A stretch of DNA of 64,000 nucleotides, taken from positions 11,761 through 75,760 of the forward strand of contig JACOYH010000004.1 in NCBI GenBank assembly GCA_016181965.1, in the 5' to 3' direction. A program made the translations under genes and the position numbers. This stretch comes from Candidatus Nealsonbacteria bacterium (GTDB lineage Bacteria; Patescibacteriota; Minisyncoccia; Minisyncoccales; MHMH01). Positions 55,169-64,000 of this stretch are shown here, piece by piece; the stretch's first letter is position 1; each line of letters begins with the position of its first letter. Below the pieces are notes generated by a model that worked only from the letters and a program-made list of their open reading frames with translations, did not search any database and was not told the origin of the DNA.

Positions 55169-57673
55169 TTGTGTTATAATAACCTAATGAATGAAGAATC
55201 GCGCCAGATAAAACAAAAACGCTATTGCAATAAAATGCCTCATTTATTTTTGTTGGCATTTTTTGTTTTTATTTTCATTGCTTGGCCGGTTTTTACTTTT
55301 GCAGCTCCGTGGGATTTTATCACGGGACCGTTCACGGCAGTTACCGATACCTTAAACGCCCTTAAAAATATAATTATAAATTTAGGTATAATAATATTGC
55401 TCCTTTTCACGGGTGTTCCCATACTTTTTGCCATGGCCGCCGCAATCGCCTACGGGGCAATGTTTTTACTTGCCGCGCTGGGCAGCGCAGTGTTCTTTCT
55501 TGTTGACCACATTATTGAGCAAACCCTTAGCGTCCCCGTAGTGCCCGGTCGGGGCATAACTATTATCACTGACGGATGGGCTTTATCGCGCGATATTGCC
55601 AGTATGTTCTTTATTGTTATTCTCGCCTTTATCGGTCTTGCCACGATTTTGGGCATGCAAACATATCAAGTTAAAAAATTATTGCCCGCTCTTTTATTAA
55701 TGGCGGTTCTTTTAAATTTCAGCGCTCTGCCGGTTGGTTTTATAGTGGATATGTCAAATCTGATGTCTATCGGCTTTATAAGGGCAATGAATATTGGTTT
55801 TGCTAATAATTTAGTAACAGACGCGCTTAATCAAACATTAAATGATTTAAAAACTAATATATTGGCTATCGGAAATAATATTACCAGCCAGAATGCCATA
55901 GAGTTTTTCTTTGGTACATTCCTCGAGCCGGTGCTCACAGCCGCAGCAAAAGCAGTTTTCTATTTCGCTTTCATATTAGCGCTTCTGGCGATTAGTTTTC
56001 TTTTTATTATTAGAATCGGCATACTTTGGATGTTATCAATCCTGGCGCCGCTTGCTTTTGCTTCTTATGTTTTACCGGCTACAAGAAAGTTCTGGAGCCA
56101 ATGGTGGCAAAATCTTCTACAATGGTCATTAATGGCTCTTCCTATGTCGTTCTTTCTCTATTTAGCATTTAAAATCAACAGTATACCAAGCGAGTTGAAT
56201 TTCTCTGGCGGCGGGTGGTTCGGTACCATTTTAGCCGGCTTTATTCAGCCGCTCTTGATTCTGCTTTTCCTTTTTGTTGGATTTGTTACCAGTATGACTT
56301 TCGTGCCCGGGGTGGCGCGGGGCATGGTAATGAAAGGGGGCAAGTTTATGACCGGCACGGTAGCTGTAGGCGCCGGCGCGCTTGCCGCTAAAAGATTGGC
56401 GCCGCTGGCTCAAAAATGGGGCGCGGGACTAAAAGGGCCGCAAAAAACGGAGGCCGAAATAGCAAAAATGGGCCGCGTAGAAAAATTCGGCTGGGGCGTT
56501 CGCCAGAGATATGGCGCCCCATTAGAAATGGCTGGTCGGGAAGCCGCCAGCAGAATCGAAAGAAAAGAAACCGCTGACGTGGAAAAACAAAAAGAACAGT
56601 TCAAGAAAATGGGCGCGGGAGAAATTCTCAACCGTTTTAAGACGAGCGTCAAACCTTCTTCGCGAGCCGCGGCCTTATGGGCATTATCAGAAAGAGACCC
56701 CGCTAAATTTGCTGAATACATAAAAGGCAACCAAATCAAAGGAGCAGATGTGACCAAAGCCGGGGCGCTTCTTGGCAAAAGAGGGCATTTGATGTTTGGC
56801 GCCAATAATTATACAGACGCCTTAGCCGCGGCTATGTACCCAACAGAATGGCAAGCCGCGCAGGCTTTAATCAAGCAAGGCAAGACAAGAAGAGGTAACG
56901 CAAAGCTTAAAGAAATTGCACGAAGATTTGCCGGCGCGGTTAAAGATCCAACCCAAATGTCGGCAAGCGCGTTTAAGAGCTCGGCTTTTATGGGAGCCGC
57001 GGTTGATACGTGGAGCGGCGATAAAATCGGCCGGGCGGCCACGCATTTTGGCAGAGAAGTGGCGGACGCATTTCAAAAGGAGATTGATAAAAAAGGCAAG
57101 GATATTTTCAAAGATAATGGCCGCTTGGCTCTTTGGCTTACCGGCGGAGCCGCCACCAACGCCGGACTTCATTTACCACCGGAAATTAAAGACATGACCC
57201 AAAAAGAGGTTAAAAATGAAATGATCAAGGCCAGAATAAGCTCGGAAAAAAGAATGGATAAGCAAACTGCTCTTTTACAGCAAATCTTCAAAAACAATCC
57301 TCAACTGCTTATGAGGGACTACCACCGCCCCGGAACCACCGAGGAAATGAAAAAGGCCATTGCCGGCGCTATCCAAAACCTTGGCCGCACCCTCCCCACC
57401 AAAGAAGAGGTGAACTCCCGGATTGGCAAAACAGAACAAACCATCATCAAAAGAACGCAGGATGAAGTAAGAGCTATTCAAGACCGCAACCGCCACGAAG
57501 AGACATATCAGAAAGCAGGCGGTCTGCCGACTGGACCAGCATTTCAGACGTGGCAAGCGGGGCAACGAGATGTCGCCGAAAGATTAGACAAGATTCGTGG
57601 CGATATTAAGAAAGCCGAACAAAGCCAAGCCGGCTCTTTGGCAAGATTATGGGAAAAGAGAAAGGGCAGCTAA
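55169..57673 (+). CDS. Polytopic membrane protein with long C-terminal hydrophilic domain (VirB6/TrbL-like)
   Basis: More than 8 TM segments over about 400 aa, then a roughly 430-aa Lys/Ala-rich soluble domain; cluster context. Confidence 0.5.
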   Translation: MCYNNLMNEESRQIKQKRYCNKMPHLFLLAFFVFIFIAWPVFTFAAPWDFITGPFTAVTDTLNALKNIIINLGIIILLLFTGVPILFAMAAAIAYGAMFLLAALGSAVFFLVDHIIEQTLSVPVVPGRGITIITDGWALSRDIASMFFIVILAFIGLATILGMQTYQVKKLLPALLLMAVLLNFSALPVGFIVDMSNLMSIGFIRAMNIGFANNLVTDALNQTLNDLKTNILAIGNNITSQNAIEFFFGTFLEPVLTAAAKAVFYFAFILALLAISFLFIIRIGILWMLSILAPLAFASYVLPATRKFWSQWWQNLLQWSLMALPMSFFLYLAFKINSIPSELNFSGGGWFGTILAGFIQPLLILLFLFVGFVTSMTFVPGVARGMVMKGGKFMTGTVAVGAGALAAKRLAPLAQKWGAGLKGPQKTEAEIAKMGRVEKFGWGVRQRYGAPLEMAGREAASRIERKETADVEKQKEQFKKMGAGEILNRFKTSVKPSSRAAALWALSERDPAKFAEYIKGNQIKGADVTKAGALLGKRGHLMFGANNYTDALAAAMYPTEWQAAQALIKQGKTRRGNAKLKEIARRFAGAVKDPTQMSASAFKSSAFMGAAVDTWSGDKIGRAATHFGREVADAFQKEIDKKGKDIFKDNGRLALWLTGGAATNAGLHLPPEIKDMTQKEVKNEMIKARISSEKRMDKQTALLQQIFKNNPQLLMRDYHRPGTTEEMKKAIAGAIQNLGRTLPTKEEVNSRIGKTEQTIIKRTQDEVRAIQDRNRHEETYQKAGGLPTGPAFQTWQAGQRDVAERLDKIRGDIKKAEQSQAGSLARLWEKRKGS

Positions 57674-57704
57674 TATTTCAGCTGCCCCCTAGGGGAGAAT
57701 GTGC

Positions 57705-57998
57705 TTAAACGATCGCCGAGACCCCATCTACGGTCTCAATGGCCTGCTCCCGATTAACATCTTCGGCTTGTAGCGCAGCGGCGACGCGATGTCGCGCCTC
57801 CGACGCAGAAGTGCATGTCTCGATGATCTTTATATATCGAGTGGCTCTCTTCTCAGACGCCCTGATATACTGATCACCGGATGCGGCCTCTTGCGCCAGC
57901 TTCCTTGCTTCCTTTTCGAGCTGACGCAATTCTTTCTCGCGCGCTTCATCTCTCGCCTTCAACGAGTTCGGATCGACCTTCCTAAAGAGCCCAAACAT
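57705..57998 (-). CDS. GC-rich small coiled-coil protein, antisense orientation inside the T4SS-like cluster
   Basis: About 60 percent GC; perfect TTGACA-N16-TATAAT promoter and AAGGAGG RBS in 58000-58064 (minus strand). Confidence 0.5.
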   Translation of the reverse strand: MFGLFRKVDPNSLKARDEAREKELRQLEKEARKLAQEAASGDQYIRASEKRATRYIKIIETCTSASEARHRVAAALQAEDVNREQAIETVDGVSAIV

Positions 57999-58064
57999 CC
58001 TATTCCTCCTTGATATTATTTACTACCTATATTATACACAATTTAATTAATTTGTCAATCCCTT

Positions 58065-58469
58065 ATGCCTATAAATATTACCCCGGAACAATATAAAGAA
58101 CTATTCAATAAACTGCCTAAAGAAACACAGGATTTAGCGCTTTCCGAAAAAACGGCTATGAGCGTGTTTGACTCCTGCATAGCTAACGATGTGGATGTTG
58201 ATAAAATTTCGGAAGTTGGCAGATATGCCGACTATGTTCTGGTCGGCGCGATAAAGGAAGACGATTTGGCTGATGCTTTGGAAAGAGAGGTTGGCTTGGA
58301 AAAAGAATCAGCCAAAAAAATAGCCGAGGATATTGCGGCAGATGTTTTCAGTAAAATAGGGGAGAAGCCAACTGCGGCGGCTGTGTCTATGCCAAGCGAA
58401 GACGAAATTGACGAAGAGATGGAAGAAAAACCTCGCCGCAAAGACACCTACCGCGAGACCGTCGAGTAA
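58065..58469 (+). CDS. Hypothetical acidic protein (T4SS-like cluster)
   Basis: ORF only. Confidence 0.4.
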   Translation: MPINITPEQYKELFNKLPKETQDLALSEKTAMSVFDSCIANDVDVDKISEVGRYADYVLVGAIKEDDLADALEREVGLEKESAKKIAEDIAADVFSKIGEKPTAAAVSMPSEDEIDEEMEEKPRRKDTYRETVE

Positions 58470-58475
58470 AAAGTT

Positions 58476-58844
58476 ATGTCTGACACAGCCACGCCAAACG
58501 CATTTTCGCCCGACTTTCTGCTTTTTGCCTTTCCGCTGGCCGCTTTTTTAGATGTTTTCGGTTTTATTTCCATATTCATCAGTTTTGGCATTTTGGGGTT
58601 TATTGTCAGTTTACTTCTGGGCATTCCGCTTGTTATTTGGATGGTGACAAAAGAAAACGACATAGCGGCCGCAAAAGAGCGTGTCAGGGAGTTGCGGAAA
58701 CCCGGGGCTGGCGCCACAAAAGCGGAAGGAAAGGTGGCGAAAAAAGTGTTGGGCAAGGGCCTGCGCAAACTTATTTTAGGAAGCGTTTTGGTCTTTTTCC
58801 CTTATTGGACTTGGTCGGCATTGTCCGTATTAAGAAAGGGATGA
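58476..58844 (+). CDS. Small membrane protein (T4SS-like cluster)
   Basis: 2-3 TM segments. Confidence 0.4.
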   Translation: MSDTATPNAFSPDFLLFAFPLAAFLDVFGFISIFISFGILGFIVSLLLGIPLVIWMVTKENDIAAAKERVRELRKPGAGATKAEGKVAKKVLGKGLRKLILGSVLVFFPYWTWSALSVLRKG

Positions 58845-58858
58845 TATAATAATTCAAT

Positions 58859-59239
58859 ATGAAAACAAAACAAATATTTTTCTTTATATTGATACTCGCG
58901 CTTGTGGCGCCTCAAACTGTTTTCGGGATTGCTTTGAACTTACAATATCCTGTCCCCCCCGGAGCGCCAAACATCAACGATGGCAACCAGCAAACGTTCG
59001 GAGACTTTGCTCTCTATATATACAACTTTATCGTCTGGATCTCCGGTCTCGCCGCCTTTGTGATGATTATCTGGAATGGCTTTTTGTGGCTCACCTCGGC
59101 CGGCAACCCGGGGCAAATCAGGCAAGCCACCGAGGGGTTGAGAAACGCCGCCCTGGGTTTGCTTGTTGTTTTGGCGTCATTTATTATTCTCCAAACAATC
59201 AATCCGCAGTTTATCGCGCCAAGATTGCCCACTTTTTAG
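58859..59239 (+). CDS. T4SS pilin-like protein (VirB2/TrbC-like)
   Basis: Signal peptide, two hydrophobic helices separated by a SAGNPGQ turn; similar to ORF 43940. Confidence 0.5.
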   Translation: MKTKQIFFFILILALVAPQTVFGIALNLQYPVPPGAPNINDGNQQTFGDFALYIYNFIVWISGLAAFVMIIWNGFLWLTSAGNPGQIRQATEGLRNAALGLLVVLASFIILQTINPQFIAPRLPTF

Positions 59240-59251
59240 GCAAGACATTTT

Positions 59252-59659
59252 ATGGATCAGTTTACCGTTCCACAATTCATCGAGCACAAGGCAAAAATTG
59301 TCGGGCCGCTGACTTTCCAGCAGTTTATTTTTGTCGGCATTGCCGTGGCCATTTCTTTTTTTCTTTATTTCGCCGTTCCTTTAATGTTTTTTGTGGCCGG
59401 CTCACTGGTTCTTGTGGGGACAGCGCTGGGCTTGGCCTTTGGCAGCGCCGGGGGCAGGTCGTTGCCTTTAGTGCTGAAAAATTTTTCCGCCTTTTTTTTC
59501 GCCCCAAAGCTCTATCTTTGGAAAAAGAAAGTCGGGCCGCCGCCAAAATTAATAAAAGAAGCCGCGCCCGTGCCAACCGCAGTTAGGGAAACGCCCGTGC
59601 CGACTATCGTGGGTAAAAGCCATCTTAAGAATTTATCAACCCGCATAGAAACAAAATAA
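59252..59659 (+). CDS. VirB3-like small membrane protein (2 TM) immediately upstream of virB4
   Basis: Topology and position; 2-nt gap to the next ORF. Confidence 0.4.
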   Translation: MDQFTVPQFIEHKAKIVGPLTFQQFIFVGIAVAISFFLYFAVPLMFFVAGSLVLVGTALGLAFGSAGGRSLPLVLKNFSAFFFAPKLYLWKKKVGPPPKLIKEAAPVPTAVRETPVPTIVGKSHLKNLSTRIETK

Positions 59660-59660
59660 A

Positions 59661-60290
59661 ATGCCAAGCACGCAGGACTTTTTAGAAATAGATCAAATCA
59701 GAGAGGGGATAGTTATTCTTAAAAACAAGGCGCTAAGAGGAGTAATGATGGTCTCCTCTATTAATTTTGCCTTGAAATCAGAGGAGGAGCAGTCGGCTAT
59801 TATTGCGCAGTTCCAGGGCTTTTTGAATTCTCTGGATTTTTCCGTGCAAATTGTCGTCCAGTCAAGGCGCCTTAATATCACCGGCTATTTGGATAAATTA
59901 GAGCAATTGGCAAACAGGCAAACCAACGAGCTATTAAAAGTCCAGGTACAGGGATACCATAAATTTATAAGCGAATTAGTGTCAGCTGGCACTATTATGT
60001 CTAAAACGTTTTTTGTAGTTGTTCCCTTTACTCTCTTTGAGTCGGGAGCTACAGCCGCCCAATTAATAAAAGGAAAGGGCACTCCCATTTTGACCGAGGA
60101 ACGTTTTCAAATGATAAAAAGCCAATTATGGCAAAGAATGGAGTTTGTCGCAATCGGCTTAAGAAGGTGCAGCTTACAGGCAGTACCGCTGACCACTCCG
60201 GAGCTAATCGAACTATTTTGGTCGTTGCACCATCCAAAACAAGCCGAAGTCGGCTATTACCCGGAAGTCCCTCCGGAATTGTCAAAATAA
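59661..60290 (+). CDS. virB4: VirB4-family ATPase, N-terminal domain (ORF 1 of a split gene)
   Basis: EGIVILKNKALRGVMMVSSINFALKSEEEQ pattern typical of Gram-positive-type VirB4 (TrsE/PrgJ/Orf16) N-termini. Confidence 0.55.
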   Translation: MPSTQDFLEIDQIREGIVILKNKALRGVMMVSSINFALKSEEEQSAIIAQFQGFLNSLDFSVQIVVQSRRLNITGYLDKLEQLANRQTNELLKVQVQGYHKFISELVSAGTIMSKTFFVVVPFTLFESGATAAQLIKGKGTPILTEERFQMIKSQLWQRMEFVAIGLRRCSLQAVPLTTPELIELFWSLHHPKQAEVGYYPEVPPELSK

Positions 60291-60291
60291 T

Positions 60292-62094
60292 ATGCAGCTG
60301 CCTTTTTTCAAAAAACAAAAAAAGAGAGAGCCGATTCCTGAAAAGCTCTTTGAATCCGAGCCGATTAGGGCCGTAGATATTGTGGCGCCGTCTTCCATTG
60401 AAGTTAAAACAGCTCATCTTAGGCTGGGGGAACGCATTGTGCAGTCGTTTTTCATTTTCTCCTATCCGAGGTATCTAAGCACCGCTTGGCTTTCTCCGGT
60501 GATTAATTTAGATATCCCGATGGATATGTCTCTTTTTATTCATCCCGTTGACGCCGGAATGATTTTGGGGCAATTGCGCAGGCGGGTCACCGAAGTCCAG
60601 GCCGAATTAATGGAACGAGAAGAGAAAGGGCTCGTCAGAGACCCTGCTCTGGAAATAGCTTTTCGCGACATTGAAGAATTAAGAGACCGCCTGCAAACCG
60701 CCCAGGAAAGAATGTTTAGATTCGGCTTGTATTTGTCGGTTTACGCCGGCACGGAAAAAGAGCTTAGCGAAATTGAAACAACCCTTCGCTCGATGCTGGA
60801 GTCCAAACTTATCTATATAAAGCCGGCTCTTTACCAGCAGAAAGAGGGCTTTGTTTCGACTTCTCCGTATTGCCTCGACCAATTAGAAGTCCACGCCTCA
60901 ATGAACACCGCCCCGTTATCCAGCATTTTCCCTTTTGTCTCGTTTGACTTGAGCTCTAACGAAGGCATTCTTTACGGCGTCAACCAGCACAATAATTCTC
61001 TGGTGCTTTTCGACAGGTTCTCTTTGGAAAACGCCAATATGACTGTCTTTGGCACGGCTGGTTCGGGTAAATCATACGCCTTAAAGCTGGAAATATTGCG
61101 CTATTTAATGCTGGGGGTTGATATTATTGTCCTCGACCCGGAAAACGAATATCGGGCCTTGGCTGAAGCGGCCGGAGGATCTTTTTTTAGCATGTCTTTG
61201 AGCAGTCCCCATCACATCAATCCTTTTAGTTTGCCCATACCAAGGGAAGACGAAAACCCCGCGGATGTTTTGAGGTCAAATATTATTAATCTGGTGGGGT
61301 TGATGAGAATTATGCTGGGCGGATTAAATCCCGAAGAAGACGCTATTATGGACAGGGCCCTTACAGAAACCTATGCGGCCAAAGACATTACCCCCGAGTC
61401 CGACTTTTCAACAGCGGAGCCGCCTATAATGTCCGACCTTGAACAGGTTTTAAACACAATGGAGGGCGCGGAATCGCTTGTCAGGCGGGTCCAAAAATTT
61501 ACCAAGGGCACTTACGCGAGCTTCTTCAACCAGCCCTCTAATGTGAATATGGAAAATAATTTAGTGGTATTCGGCATCAGAGATATGGAAGACGGTTTAA
61601 GGCCAATGGCAATGTATATTATTACAAGATTTATTTGGAATAAAGTGAGATCGGTGCTCAAAAAAAGGATTTTTGTGGTGGACGAGGCCTGGTGGCTCAC
61701 CCAAACAGAAGACGGCGCCTCCTTTTTATACGGCATTGTCAAACGCGGCAGAAAATACTGGCTGGGCGTTACTACTATTACTCAAGACATCAACGACTTT
61801 ATGAAATCCGACTACGGCAAGCCGATTATCACTAATTCCGCCCTGCGGCTTTTGATGAAACAAAGCACAGCCACCGTTGACACCGTTAAAAAAACGTTCA
61901 ATTTGAGCGACTGGGAAAAAGAGCTGCTTATCGGCGCCTCGGTGGGGGAGGGAATCTTTTTCGCCGGAGAAAAACACGTGGCCGTCAGGGTTATGGCTTC
62001 TTACTCCGAAGATCAATTTGTTACCACAGCCCCCGAAGAGGTGGTAAAAATACGAGAAGCCAAAAAGCGGATTAAGGCAGAAAAAGGCGCCTAA
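60292..62094 (+). CDS. virB4: VirB4-family ATPase, central and C-terminal ATPase domain (ORF 2 of a split gene)
   Basis: FSYPRYLSTAWL motif, Walker A GTAGSGKSYALK, Walker B VVDEAWWL. Confidence 0.7.
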   Translation: MQLPFFKKQKKREPIPEKLFESEPIRAVDIVAPSSIEVKTAHLRLGERIVQSFFIFSYPRYLSTAWLSPVINLDIPMDMSLFIHPVDAGMILGQLRRRVTEVQAELMEREEKGLVRDPALEIAFRDIEELRDRLQTAQERMFRFGLYLSVYAGTEKELSEIETTLRSMLESKLIYIKPALYQQKEGFVSTSPYCLDQLEVHASMNTAPLSSIFPFVSFDLSSNEGILYGVNQHNNSLVLFDRFSLENANMTVFGTAGSGKSYALKLEILRYLMLGVDIIVLDPENEYRALAEAAGGSFFSMSLSSPHHINPFSLPIPREDENPADVLRSNIINLVGLMRIMLGGLNPEEDAIMDRALTETYAAKDITPESDFSTAEPPIMSDLEQVLNTMEGAESLVRRVQKFTKGTYASFFNQPSNVNMENNLVVFGIRDMEDGLRPMAMYIITRFIWNKVRSVLKKRIFVVDEAWWLTQTEDGASFLYGIVKRGRKYWLGVTTITQDINDFMKSDYGKPIITNSALRLLMKQSTATVDTVKKTFNLSDWEKELLIGASVGEGIFFAGEKHVAVRVMASYSEDQFVTTAPEEVVKIREAKKRIKAEKGA

Positions 62095-62098
62095 ATCA

Positions 62099-62560
62099 TT
62101 AGGCCTGTCTGATAATAATGCGTCTTTGGGCGCCCTCGCCCAAACTTTCGCCGATAATATCGCTTCTTTCTGCCAGCGCCATATGAACTATTCTCCTTTC
62201 GTATGCCGACATGGGCATGAGTTCTTTTTCTTTTTTAGTTAGGACAACATCGTCGGCAGCCAATCGAGCCATCTCCTTCAGATATTCGGCTTTTTTTTGT
62301 TTGTAGTCGTTGATGTCCATATCAACGAAAAACGTCTCTTGAGCTCCCAGTTGTTTTCTTATCATTAATTTAATTAGATTTTGCACTTCAAATAGCGTCT
62401 GCCCGCGTTCCCCGATTAAAAGCTGGGCATCTTCGGTCTTAACTTTAACCGGTATTATTGAATCGCTTAAGTCCTTAACTTCAACTTCAACCGGCAACCC
62501 GGTTTTCTTAAAGAATGCATCTATTATTTCTTTAATTTTGGGCAAATCAGCTGCGTTCAT
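62099..62560 (-). CDS. jag: Jag/SpoIIIJ-associated protein (KH + R3H RNA-binding)
   Basis: R3H-like ERRIVHMAL motif; downstream of yidC. Confidence 0.75.
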   Translation of the reverse strand: MNAADLPKIKEIIDAFFKKTGLPVEVEVKDLSDSIIPVKVKTEDAQLLIGERGQTLFEVQNLIKLMIRKQLGAQETFFVDMDINDYKQKKAEYLKEMARLAADDVVLTKKEKELMPMSAYERRIVHMALAERSDIIGESLGEGAQRRIIIRQA

Positions 62561-63269
62561 TTTTTTTTAGAATAATATATTGCTGGCCGATTGTAAAGAC
62601 AGTTGTCGTTAGCCAGTAAAGAGCGATAGCGGCAGGCATGCGCCAAAGGATAAATATGGTAAAAATAGGGAAGAGATAAAGCATCTGCTTCTGCATTATG
62701 CTCGAAAAATCCGAAGAAGGCCTGCCAGCCGAAGCTTTAGCGGAGGCGGGGGTTAGCATTTTAGTTTGGAAGAATTGGGCGACTCCGGTAACGACAGCCA
62801 ATATCACAGAGGCCTCGGCTAAATCAATTAGCCCCAAGAAAGACGTATTGACTTGACCGGGATTTGGAATAAAACTGTATAAAAAAGAGAACTGCTCCGG
62901 CCCAAAGCCATTCCAAAAAAGACGAAAAAGCGCAATTAAAATAGGCAACTGCACCAGAAGAGGCAAGAGACCGGAGAGCGGGTTAACCTTTTCCTGTTTG
63001 TACAGCTCCATAAGAGCCATGCTTTGCTTGTGCTTGTCATCTTTATGTTTATTCTGGACCTCCTTAATCTTTGGCTGGAGCTCTTGAAGAGCTTTCTGCG
63101 ACCTTATGCCCTTTGAAGCCAACGGATAAAGAAACAACTTTATAAGAATGGTGAATAAAATTACCGCCACTCCAAAGTCGCGCCCGGGTATGTATAAATA
63201 CAGCAAAACCAAAGCATTAAAGAGCGGCTGGTATAAGATTGTGTTGAAAGCGCTGATAAAAAAATTCAT
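62547..63269 (-). CDS. yidC: Membrane protein insertase YidC/Oxa1 (short form)
   Basis: 5 TM core; position rnpA-yidC-jag. Confidence 0.85.
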   Translation of the reverse strand: MNFFISAFNTILYQPLFNALVLLYLYIPGRDFGVAVILFTILIKLFLYPLASKGIRSQKALQELQPKIKEVQNKHKDDKHKQSMALMELYKQEKVNPLSGLLPLLVQLPILIALFRLFWNGFGPEQFSFLYSFIPNPGQVNTSFLGLIDLAEASVILAVVTGVAQFFQTKMLTPASAKASAGRPSSDFSSIMQKQMLYLFPIFTIFILWRMPAAIALYWLTTTVFTIGQQYIILKKNERS

Positions 63270-63598
63270 AATTTTATTAACCCCGAAGTCATTAATAATT
63301 TTTTAATTGCCGCTTCTGTCGCTTGATAGTCCTTGCTGCCGGCCCCGGCAAGAGCGGTAATAACCACATCAAACCCCGGCGAAACGGCGGACAGACGAGC
63401 CCTAATAATTTCTCTCACCCTTCTTTTGATTCTGTTCCTTTGGCTTGCCTTCTTCGAGACCTTCAAACCGGCCACAAACGCAAATCGACTCACTTTTAGG
63501 TTATTACTAGCCGCTTTCAGGAGAAAGCTGTCCTCTTTAAAACCTCGCCCTACCTTAAAAACCCTCTCAATGTCTTTTGTTTTCTTAAGAGAGGTCAT
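63266..63598 (-). CDS. rnpA: Ribonuclease P protein component
   Basis: RNRIKRRVREI RNR motif. Confidence 0.85.
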   Translation of the reverse strand: MTSLKKTKDIERVFKVGRGFKEDSFLLKAASNNLKVSRFAFVAGLKVSKKASQRNRIKRRVREIIRARLSAVSPGFDVVITALAGAGSKDYQATEAAIKKLLMTSGLIKL

Positions 63599-63729
63599 AC
63601 CGTCAGGCGGGCCCTCTGTTTGCTTCTGCGTTTGGCTAAAACCTTCCTGCCTCCCTTTTTCCCTTGACGGGATAAAAAGCCATGCGTCCTCTTTCTTTTT
63701 CTTTTTTTGGGATTCCAGGTAACGCTCAT
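63595..63729 (-). CDS. rpmH: 50S ribosomal protein L34 (unlisted short ORF)
   Basis: Own translation MSVTWNPKKRKRKRTHGFLSRQGKKGGRKVLAKRRSKQRARLTV; ATGA overlap with the rnpA start. Confidence 0.85.
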   Translation of the reverse strand: MSVTWNPKKRKRKRTHGFLSRQGKKGGRKVLAKRRSKQRARLTV

Positions 63730-63886
63730 TGTTGTTATTTTTAATAATATTACAATATTATCCTAACATAAAAAAAGAACCGCGCCAAACACTTCTTCAC
63801 AACTTTTCCCCAGCTTATCAACATACCTGGCTCGTCTTCCGTTCATTTTTGTTTTTTTTGGCCTATGGTATAATGACGCCAGATAT
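63730..63886. other. oriC: Probable chromosomal replication origin region (rpmH / dnaA intergenic)
   Basis: AT-rich unwinding-like stretch 63731-63775, DnaA-box-like TTATCAACA (63814-63822) and TTATCCTAA, extended -10 TGGTATAAT at 63866-63874. Confidence 0.5.
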
Positions 63887-64000
63887 ATGAGCAAGGATGA
63901 ACTATGGCAAGCCCTGCTTGCCCAAATACAGTTTAATATATCCAAGGCCAATTTTGCCACTTGGTTCAAAAACACCGGGATCCTCCAAAAAAAAGGTCCT
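63887..64000 (+). CDS. dnaA: Chromosomal replication initiator DnaA, N-terminus (runs off the window)
   Basis: MSKDELWQALLAQIQFNISKANFATWFKNT, the canonical DnaA domain I start. Confidence 0.8.
   Translation, partial: MSKDELWQALLAQIQFNISKANFATWFKNTGILQKKGP

Overview
Low-GC (roughly 43-47 percent) chromosomal segment with the hallmarks of a Candidate Phyla Radiation / Patescibacteria-type genome: small gene-dense housekeeping blocks, 19 tRNA genes, many peptidoglycan hydrolases and several secretion/pilus gene sets. Housekeeping genes recognised include ftsH, rplS, infB, rbfA, nrnA-like, the C-terminus of an S1-domain protein, rny, clpP, an H+-pyrophosphatase, nusA, cca, rpsO, pnp, ksgA/rsmA, and yidC-jag-rnpA-rpmH facing dnaA at the right end, so the replication origin is probably at about 63.7-63.9 kb. 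Accessory content: (i) a type IV pilus operon (pilB, pilC, three prepilins, a PilX-like gene, pilMNO) with an adjacent histidine kinase / response regulator pair (21.4-31.1 kb); (ii) a roughly 10.6 kb type IV secretion (T4SS)-like cluster (51.5-62.1 kb) with a VirB1-like lytic transglycosylase, VirB2/TrbC-like pilins (one fused to a large repeat ectodomain), a VirB6-like membrane protein, a VirB3-like protein and a VirB4 ATPase split into two ORFs; (iii) a MotA/ExbB-like proton-channel gene coupled to a divergent single-pass partner; (iv) an IS200/RAYT-like HuH tyrosine transposase flanked by its own palindromes; (v) a RelE/Phd toxin-antitoxin pair; (vi) several families of intergenic palindromic (REP-like) repeats; (vii) three short, strongly GC-rich (about 60-68 percent) orphan ORFs at separate loci, each with a consensus TTGACA-N17-TATAAT-like promoter and AGGAGG ribosome-binding site. 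No CRISPR array or rRNA gene was seen. All calls rest on reading the sequence and motif recognition only.
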